64,000 bases of DNA from Flavobacteria bacterium GWA2_35_26 (lineage in GTDB: Bacteria; Bacteroidota; Bacteroidia; Flavobacteriales; Flavobacteriaceae). A program made the position numbers and the translations under genes. The first letter of the stretch is position 1; each line of letters opens with the position of its first letter. The notes beneath the pieces were generated by a model that was not told the origin of the DNA, searched no databases, and saw nothing but the letters and a program-made list of their open reading frames with translations. Of this stretch, positions 58,072 to 64,000 are shown piece after piece. The DNA is taken from assembly GCA_001800905.1 (NCBI GenBank), contig MGWH01000005.1:56303-120302 (forward strand), in the 5' to 3' direction.

Positions 58072-59030
58072 AATTCAGCTACTGCTCTGTTTAATCTATC
58101 GTTTATAGATTTTCCTAGATTAATATTGGGTAATTTTTCAATTAAGAGTACGTCTAGACCTAGAGCATCCAATTCATGTAAATAAGAATATAAATTTTTT
58201 GAAGCTTCCTTAAAATCTCCTGTTGGAGATAAAATGTACTGTACAATTGGCTTAGTTGTATTTACCTTATTTTGAAATTGAAGTACCCCAATTTTTTCAG
58301 ATGAGATAGACTCTAATTCTTTTTCAATATCCTCAACTAGAAAAGATTTTGTTTTTGGAGCATAATGTTTAGTAAACATTCCAGGCGCACTTGGGGCAAT
58401 AGAATCTTTATTGTGGACCTTTATTGGGCCTACAATTTTTTCAATTTCTTCGATCGGAATAGCACCATATCTATAAAGTACAGGTAGTTCTCCTTCAAAT
58501 CCGATAATGGTTGATTCAATTCCATTTTGACAATTTCCTCCATCTAAAACAACGTCTATATCATTCTTAAAATAGTCAAAAACATGTTGCGCATTTGTTG
58601 GGCTAATTGACCCAAAAGGATTGGCGCTTGGTGCAGCTAAGGGGAAGTTTAAATGATGTAATAGCTTCAAAGTCAAAGGATGATTAGGAACTCTAACAGC
58701 AACAGTATTCTTTCCTGAAGTTACCCAATCGGAAATACAATCTTGTTTTTTTAGTACTAAGGTTAATGCACCTGGCCAAAATTGAGCCGCTAATTGAGTT
58801 GCTAAATGAGGTATTTCTTTGGCGACTTCTTTCAGTTGTTCAGTTGACTTAAGATGAACGATTAGCGGATTATTATTGGGTCTTTTTTTTATTTCGAATA
58901 TTTTCTTAACTGCGGATTCGTTATAAATATTGGCAGCCAAGCCATAAACTGTTTCAGTTGGAATTGCAACTACCTTGCCTTCATTTAGGGTATGGATTGC
59001 GAAAGAAATATCTTTAGTTATTACTGTCAT
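58068..59030 (-). CDS. sua5: Sua5-type L-threonylcarbamoyladenylate synthase (YrdC domain + Sua5 domain)
   Basis: PTETVYGL, KKRP..NPLIVH, FWPGALT, AVRVP.HP, LAAPSAN, GIESTII, linker APGM..KHYAP, C-terminal LYSYLHELD...INDRLNRA. Confidence 0.92.
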   Translation of the reverse strand: MTVITKDISFAIHTLNEGKVVAIPTETVYGLAANIYNESAVKKIFEIKKRPNNNPLIVHLKSTEQLKEVAKEIPHLATQLAAQFWPGALTLVLKKQDCISDWVTSGKNTVAVRVPNHPLTLKLLHHLNFPLAAPSANPFGSISPTNAQHVFDYFKNDIDVVLDGGNCQNGIESTIIGFEGELPVLYRYGAIPIEEIEKIVGPIKVHNKDSIAPSAPGMFTKHYAPKTKSFLVEDIEKELESISSEKIGVLQFQNKVNTTKPIVQYILSPTGDFKEASKNLYSYLHELDALGLDVLLIEKLPNINLGKSINDRLNRAVAEL

Positions 59031-59036
59031 AATTAA

Positions 59037-59873
59037 TTAAGGATTACAATAGTCGCAGTACATTGGATCTTCATACTTTTTAGTGTTAGGAAACATTTTA
59101 GTCTCTTGATGTAAACATTTTTTGCATTGATAATTAACGCTTAAAGCTGATTGTGTAGGGGAGTTGCATAAATTACATGGTAATCCTCGAGTCACTTCTT
59201 TAATTTCAAAGCCCGGGGTATCGCATCTGGGACATTTGGTATTCATCTTTTCAACTAATTTATGAGCGGTTTTTTCAATAACTTTCATTCTAGTTGGATT
59301 GAAACAAGCTCTCATATCGGTTTCAACAAATACTTTTCCGAACATTTTTTGGATTTGGTTGAATTGAATAAGTAGTTCTTTTTCATTCGTAATCCCTTTA
59401 TAACATATAGAAAAATTACTGTCATCTGATTTAAGAATTAATCCGTGGGAAGGGAATTGAATATTGGATGAAAATTCTAATAGGTCTTGTTCTGTAGCGA
59501 CATATGTTCCATTAAAATTTGTCGAAGTGCTTAATTCAGTGGCGATTATTTCTAAATTGTTTTTAATATCCAATAGCATTAAATGTTCTTCATCTGCAGG
59601 TAGAAAAAATACGGATGGATGTGCTCCAAAGGATCCCTCACTGGCAATCACTAAATCGCATTTGTAATGGTCTACTGCTGATAAGCATTTTTGGCGAAGC
59701 GTGGAGATTACATCCTTCTTTCTTTCAATTTCTCCGCTAAATGTGCCTAATGTATCGGTATTAAATAGTTGGTTTACTATGCATGTAACACCAAATTCTT
59801 TTTCAAATATTGGAGCTATTATTTTTTCTTTTCCGTGTTGAGTAGCTATCAGTAAATTTCTTCCTTCAAACAT
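59037..59873 (-). CDS. DUF6671-like protein: ITPase-like N-terminus plus four CxxC motifs
   Basis: ATQHGKE, NTDTLGTFSGEIER, IASEGSFGAHP, ETDMRA..NPTRM, then CPRC, CNLC, CKKC, CDYC. Confidence 0.7.
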   Translation of the reverse strand: MFEGRNLLIATQHGKEKIIAPIFEKEFGVTCIVNQLFNTDTLGTFSGEIERKKDVISTLRQKCLSAVDHYKCDLVIASEGSFGAHPSVFFLPADEEHLMLLDIKNNLEIIATELSTSTNFNGTYVATEQDLLEFSSNIQFPSHGLILKSDDSNFSICYKGITNEKELLIQFNQIQKMFGKVFVETDMRACFNPTRMKVIEKTAHKLVEKMNTKCPRCDTPGFEIKEVTRGLPCNLCNSPTQSALSVNYQCKKCLHQETKMFPNTKKYEDPMYCDYCNP

Positions 59874-60151
59874 TATTTATTTACTGAAATTTTAATCATA
59901 CATTCAATTTCCAATGTATGCTTTTCTTTTTCCGCTAGATGAATCACTTCTTCAATTAAACCCTTCATTTTATTCAGTTCTTCAATCCTTTTTTTGGAAT
60001 GATTAGCATCTTTATTGAAGCGAATTTGACTGCTAAAATCCTCTAAACTATGAAAACTAATCTTGTTGTTAATTAATGAGTTAAGAAGAGTTTTTGCTTC
60101 ATTTGGATCAAAAATACCTTCTATTAATTTGTGTTGTGATTCGTTTTTCAT
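59873..60151 (-). CDS. Conserved hypothetical protein (92 aa, soluble, coiled-coil)
   Basis: LIEGIF.P.EA..LL..LI..KI.FH ... S.KRIEEL; its stop overlaps the next start (TAATG). Confidence 0.7.
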   Translation of the reverse strand: MKNESQHKLIEGIFDPNEAKTLLNSLINNKISFHSLEDFSSQIRFNKDANHSKKRIEELNKMKGLIEEVIHLAEKEKHTLEIECMIKISVNK

Positions 60152-60153
60152 GA

Positions 60154-60360
60154 TTATAATTTGACTTTAGTTATTTTTAATAAATAAGTTGATACAAACA
60201 ATGATACTCCAAGAATTATAGTAGACAAGAATGAAAATTCGGATAGAATATTAAATACCATTGCTACTGACAATAAAATAATTATTGTTTTGTAAATCGT
60301 ATTTTGTGATTTACAGAACATTTTAATTTTGCTTTTCAAAAGGAATCGTATCTTTTGCAT
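60154..60360 (-). CDS. Small membrane protein (68 aa, two TM)
   Basis: Basic N-terminus and two hydrophobic helices; 2 bp from the next gene; TAAATTTG -7 element at 60380-60387. Confidence 0.55.
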   Translation of the reverse strand: MQKIRFLLKSKIKMFCKSQNTIYKTIIILLSVAMVFNILSEFSFLSTIILGVSLFVSTYLLKITKVKL

Positions 60361-60379
60361 CTTTTTTTATTGCAAATTT

Positions 60380-60414
60380 CAAATTTAATAATCATATATT
60401 TTTATTTATATTTG
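60380..60414. promoter_or_regulatory. Back-to-back -7 elements of the divergent operon and lysR promoters
   Basis: Minus-strand TAAATTTG (60380-60387) and plus-strand TATATTTG (60407-60414) in a 78-bp gap. Confidence 0.6.
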
Positions 60415-60438
60415 TTATCATTTATATAAATATATTAT

Positions 60439-61362
60439 ATGAATTATACATTTCATCAATTAAAAGTTTTTTTGAAAGTTTCTCAAACAAAAAGTATTAC
60501 TAAGGCTGCTAATGAGCTACATCTTACACAGCCAGCAGTATCAATACAATTAAAAAATTTTCAAGATCAATTTGAAATCCCACTTACAGAAGTAATAGGG
60601 AGGCAATTGTATGTTACTGATTTCGGAAAAGAAATTGCATCAACTGCCGAACAAATTTTAAGTGAAGTTGAAAAAATCAATTTTAAAACACTTGCCTACA
60701 AAGGAATATTATCAGGGGTGTTAAAAGTATCTGTTGTATCGACAGGGAAATATGTGATGCCTTATTTTTTGAGTGATTTTCTAAATTCAAACAATGGTAT
60801 TGAGCTTGATATGGATGTTACCAATAAATCAAAAGTGATTAAAGCTTTAAGAAATAATGAAGTTGATTTTGCATTAGTTTCTAATCTTCCTGGAGAAATC
60901 AATGTTGAATCTGAAACATTAATGCAAAATAAATTGTTTTTGGTAAGTAATAAACAGTATTTGAATGATTCAAAATTATCAAGTAATGATGCTTTAATTG
61001 ATGTTCCTTTGATTTATAGAGAAGAAGGTTCTGCTACAAGATTACATATGGAAAATTATTTTTCAAAAAAAGGATATATCATTAAAAGCAAACTGCAATT
61101 AACTTCTAATGAAGCAGTTAAACAGGCAGTAATATCAGGAATTGGTCTATCAATCATGCCGTTAATTGGTTTGAAAAACGAATTGGAAAAGGGGGATTTA
61201 AAGATTATTCCTGCCAAAGGATTACCCATTGTGACCAATTGGAAATTAGTGTGGTTAAAAGGCAAGAAAATGAGTCCGGTAGCAGCAGCTTATTTAGAGT
61301 ATATCAGACAACAAAAAACTGTAATTAATGAAAATCAATTTTCATGGATTAATAATTATTAA
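60439..61362 (+). CDS. LysR-family regulator, CbbR/CmpR-like
   Basis: YTFHQLKVF, SITKAANELHLTQPAVSIQLK, STGKYVMP, REEGSATR, SNEAVKQAV.SGIG motifs typical of the CbbR-like effector domain. Confidence 0.8.
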   Translation: MNYTFHQLKVFLKVSQTKSITKAANELHLTQPAVSIQLKNFQDQFEIPLTEVIGRQLYVTDFGKEIASTAEQILSEVEKINFKTLAYKGILSGVLKVSVVSTGKYVMPYFLSDFLNSNNGIELDMDVTNKSKVIKALRNNEVDFALVSNLPGEINVESETLMQNKLFLVSNKQYLNDSKLSSNDALIDVPLIYREEGSATRLHMENYFSKKGYIIKSKLQLTSNEAVKQAVISGIGLSIMPLIGLKNELEKGDLKIIPAKGLPIVTNWKLVWLKGKKMSPVAAAYLEYIRQQKTVINENQFSWINNY

Positions 61363-62555
61363 TCATTTAGATTCTCATTAAATGCTGATGGAAGTAGGGT
61401 AGGAATAAACTTGATCAATATGGGTAACAACAAACTTCCTCCAGGCAATAAAAATATGGTTAATGATGGGATAGTTTTACAAATATCAAGTAATTGTTTT
61501 TTTATTTTTTTCTTTTCTTTTTCATCCAAATCCCTGCTTGTTGAATGAGCTAACAATACCATAAGTTCTTTACTTTGAACAATTTCCTTCACTAGGCGTG
61601 TTTTGTTACGTGCAATAAGAGTGACAACACTTTGCGTAGTTTGATCGTAAAAATGTTTAACAGGATTGGAATAATTAAAATAAGGAATTTCCTTTTTATG
61701 TTTGGAAATAAAGAGATTCGTATCGTTGATACTTTGTTTTACAAACTCGTCAGATACAGCAAGAGCTTCGGCCAATTGAAATAAAAAATAGGATTCATTC
61801 GTTTCTAAAACTCCATCGTTCCATAGCGCCATACCAGCAATGTCAATTAGGTAATTCTTTTCTAATTCATTGGTAAAAAAATCCAATTCCAGTGTTTCTA
61901 AACTCAAATTAGAGTTTTTGGAGAATTTACTATAACGTATAGATGCCTCAAAAAGTTTGATTAATAAGTCGTCGTATTGCGATTTATTGGTTTTGATTTT
62001 CAAAGCCAGAGTGACAATATTGACAATCGTTTCTTCTATTTTTTTGAGATATTTTTCCGGGATATTTCCATGCATTAAATATTGGCGAAAGGCCAATACA
62101 TCAATATACAAAAGCGCATTGGTAACTAAATGAGAAAAGTTTTTACTGATGATGTTTTCATTAGTTTGAACTCGTTCGTCAATGAATTTTTCAAGTGTAA
62201 GTGAAGGACTATTCTTTGGGAGTAATTTTTTAAACAAGTTAAATTCTTCTGGATGCATCTCATTATAAAAAGACACCGTTTCGGCAATGAATTCCTCCCA
62301 ATTAAGTTTTTCCTTAGTAACACTATAAACTCCTAAAAGGCTATTCAATAAAGCTACTTTTGACACTTCTTCTTTGAACCAACCAGTAATAGGAATTACC
62401 GATTTTGTATCCAACGAAATGATGTGCCCATAGATAAATCCTGATTTTCTTAATGCTTTATAGAAAGCATCATTTTCAGTGACCAATTCCATCTTTGAAA
62501 TCTGTTGTTCACTGAAAAATTTATCGATCCAACCGGGTACTGAAGGGTTTATCAT
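61359..62555 (-). CDS. LETM1-related protein
   Basis: C-terminal EKKKIKKQLLDICKTIPSLTIFLLPGGSLLLPILIK resembles the LETM1 TM/ribosome-binding segment. Confidence 0.7.
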   Translation of the reverse strand: MINPSVPGWIDKFFSEQQISKMELVTENDAFYKALRKSGFIYGHIISLDTKSVIPITGWFKEEVSKVALLNSLLGVYSVTKEKLNWEEFIAETVSFYNEMHPEEFNLFKKLLPKNSPSLTLEKFIDERVQTNENIISKNFSHLVTNALLYIDVLAFRQYLMHGNIPEKYLKKIEETIVNIVTLALKIKTNKSQYDDLLIKLFEASIRYSKFSKNSNLSLETLELDFFTNELEKNYLIDIAGMALWNDGVLETNESYFLFQLAEALAVSDEFVKQSINDTNLFISKHKKEIPYFNYSNPVKHFYDQTTQSVVTLIARNKTRLVKEIVQSKELMVLLAHSTSRDLDEKEKKKIKKQLLDICKTIPSLTIFLLPGGSLLLPILIKFIPTLLPSAFNENLND

Positions 62556-62672
62556 TAACTTGAATTAAAAGTACAAAGCTAGGTTTTTTTCTGGTTTCAA
62601 AGATGAAATTAAAATTAAAAAACAGTTTTGTAAATGAATACAAAACGGTTTGAATTGCCAAGTAAATAATTG

Positions 62673-63197
62673 TTACTTTATGATTGCTGAGCAGGCTACT
62701 CGAGCTCCAGAATTTCCAGTGGGCTGCGTTACGAAATCATCAGCACCTTGATGCACTATCAATCCTTTTCCTAAAACATCTTTAGCAGGATCTCCACAAC
62801 CTATACACCATTCCTCAGTAGTCAAAGTGATTGTTCCATTTCCATTTTCATCAGCTGTGAAGTTTCCAATATCGCCTTTATGGTATTCTCCTTCTCCCCA
62901 TTTACCGTGTTTTTTAAAGGTAGGATTCCAATGTCCGCCTGCTGAACTTCCATCAGCGGCAGAACAATCTGATTTTTCGTGAATATGAATGGCATGAACA
63001 CCCGGTTTTAGCCCAGTAAGTTTAGCTTCAAAAGTGACTTTTCCTTTTTTCTCTGTAAAGGTTGCAGTTCCTGCAACTGAACTATTACTCTTCGGTTCAA
63101 AATACAGAGCTAGTTTTTTTACATCATTTGAATTGGCAGTTTTACAGCCAATAATAACAGCTACAATAACAAGAATGGATACTACTATTTTTTTCAT
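62673..63197 (-). CDS. sodC: Cu/Zn superoxide dismutase, lipoprotein
   Basis: Lipobox IIGC; HAIHIH, GGHWNP, HGKWG, HKGDIGN, IVHQ..DD, SGARVAC (all metal ligands and the catalytic Arg present). Confidence 0.93.
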   Translation of the reverse strand: MKKIVVSILVIVAVIIGCKTANSNDVKKLALYFEPKSNSSVAGTATFTEKKGKVTFEAKLTGLKPGVHAIHIHEKSDCSAADGSSAGGHWNPTFKKHGKWGEGEYHKGDIGNFTADENGNGTITLTTEEWCIGCGDPAKDVLGKGLIVHQGADDFVTQPTGNSGARVACSAIIK

Positions 63198-63267
63198 TTT
63201 TATGTTTTTTTATTAGGATAAAGTTACATCTATTAGGAGAAATATGTTCAATATAATCTTAAAATAT

Positions 63268-63303
63268 AAAAACCGCTCCGATAAAACAATCAGAACGGTT
63301 TTT
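63268..63303 (-). terminator. Terminator after the acyl-CoA dehydrogenase gene
   Basis: Minus-strand RNA AAAAACCGUUCUGAU/AUCGGAGCGGUUUUU, 15-bp stem with two G:U pairs that form only on this strand. Confidence 0.7.
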
Positions 63304-63341
63304 AAAACAAATTAAATTCAAACTAAAAACTATCTTTCTGC

Positions 63342-64000
63342 TTAAAAGCAATATTTATTTTCGGCAACTAATTTTGCTGTAATGGTTTCTCTTAAACCAA
63401 CTACATTTGGCATGTTAGTGTATTTTGTAAATCGACGTAATCCCATTAACATCATGCGTTGTTCGTCGCCTTCAGCAAAAGAAACGATGCCTTCTTTTCC
63501 TTTTTGAGTTACAATGTCAACCGCTTGATACAAATACAATCGAGCCATTGCAATTTGTTCTTGTACATTTGTTTCGCCCTGTTTTTTGGCTAATTTCTCC
63601 GTACGTAAAACAGTACTTTCTGCCATGTAAATTTCGATTAACATATCTGCAGCAGCCATTAATAATTGTTGGTGCGCTTCTAAATCGGTTCCGAATTTCT
63701 GGATGGCACCACCTGCAACCATTAAAAAGGCTTTTTTCAATTTACCAATCATTTCTTTTTCTTCCGAAAATAATTCAGAATAATCGGGAGTGTCAAAAGA
63801 AGGAATTCCCATTAATTCTTCTTGCACTTTCATGGCTGGACCTAATAAATCTACTTGGCCTTTCATGGCTTTTTTGATTAACATTCCAACAGAAAGCATT
63901 CTGTTAATTTCGTTCGTTCCTTCATATATACGTGCAATACGAGCGTCTCTCCATGCCGATTCCATCGGTGTATCTTCAGAGAATCCCATTCCGCCATACA
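63342..64000 (-). CDS. Acyl-CoA dehydrogenase (3' part; starts beyond the window)
   Basis: YGGMGFSEDTPMESAWRDARIARIYEGTNEINR (frame stays open to the window edge). Confidence 0.92.
   Translation of the reverse strand, partial: YGGMGFSEDTPMESAWRDARIARIYEGTNEINRMLSVGMLIKKAMKGQVDLLGPAMKVQEELMGIPSFDTPDYSELFSEEKEMIGKLKKAFLMVAGGAIQKFGTDLEAHQQLLMAAADMLIEIYMAESTVLRTEKLAKKQGETNVQEQIAMARLYLYQAVDIVTQKGKEGIVSFAEGDEQRMMLMGLRRFTKYTNMPNVVGLRETITAKLVAENKYCF

Noticed and set aside
60424-60440. ATA-N9-TAT LysR-type boxes next to the lysR start
   Set aside because: Sequence is purely A/T, so the pattern has no discriminating power; not called as a site.
55599-61362. Possible integrative or mobile element
   Set aside because: No integrase, transposase, tRNA target or flanking direct repeat found; treated only as a possible accessory block.
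1786-63877. Many 60-180 aa opposite-strand or out-of-frame ORFs in the track (for example 1786-2061, 40014-40331, 44523-45062, 52416-52745, 63548-63877)
   Set aside because: All lie wholly or mostly inside well-supported genes, show no recognisable motifs, and look like shadow ORFs.
1-64000. CRISPR arrays, rRNA, tRNA, IS elements, prophage genes
   Set aside because: None recognised on reading; inverted repeats found are explained as terminators or operator sites.

Overview
AT-rich Flavobacterium-like (Bacteroidota, Flavobacteriaceae) chromosomal segment; genes are repeatedly preceded by the Bacteroidota housekeeping promoter -7 element TAnnTTTG. Left to right: a surface-glycan block behind dapD (four glycosyltransferases, Wzi, glf, DUF4422-type GT); ruvX, mqo, def, mazG; a small accessory block (EamA transporter, HTH-like protein, hypothetical); an Fnr-type regulator with the full cbb3 oxidase locus (ccoI, ccoS, fused ccoNO, ccoQ, ccoP, ccoG, ccoH, DsbD/TauE-like) and hemN; housekeeping genes (aroE, class III aminotransferase, OstA-like, GH13 amylase, lipoprotein SOD, psd, cdsA, ftsH, rsfS, birA, pyrE, RsmB-like, kup); an ECF sigma cluster; ilvE, mnmD, oxyR; then LETM1-like, sodC and a partial acyl-CoA dehydrogenase. 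The most striking element is 55725-61362: a CbbR/CmpR-like LysR regulator divergent from a tightly coupled six-gene operon (two small unknowns, a Cys-rich DUF6671-like protein, a Sua5-type threonylcarbamoyl-AMP synthase, a dihydroorotase and an SbtA-family Na+/bicarbonate permease). The dihydroorotase has a TDDG (Asp-bridge) motif where its closest family normally carries the CO2-carbamylated lysine. Together these suggest a low-CO2 adaptation module in a heterotroph (inference). Three candidate Fnr boxes, each exactly 22 nt from a -7 element, and a repeated candidate ECF promoter were also read from the sequence. No tRNA, rRNA, CRISPR array or transposase was recognised. Family assignments come from motif recall, not database searches.
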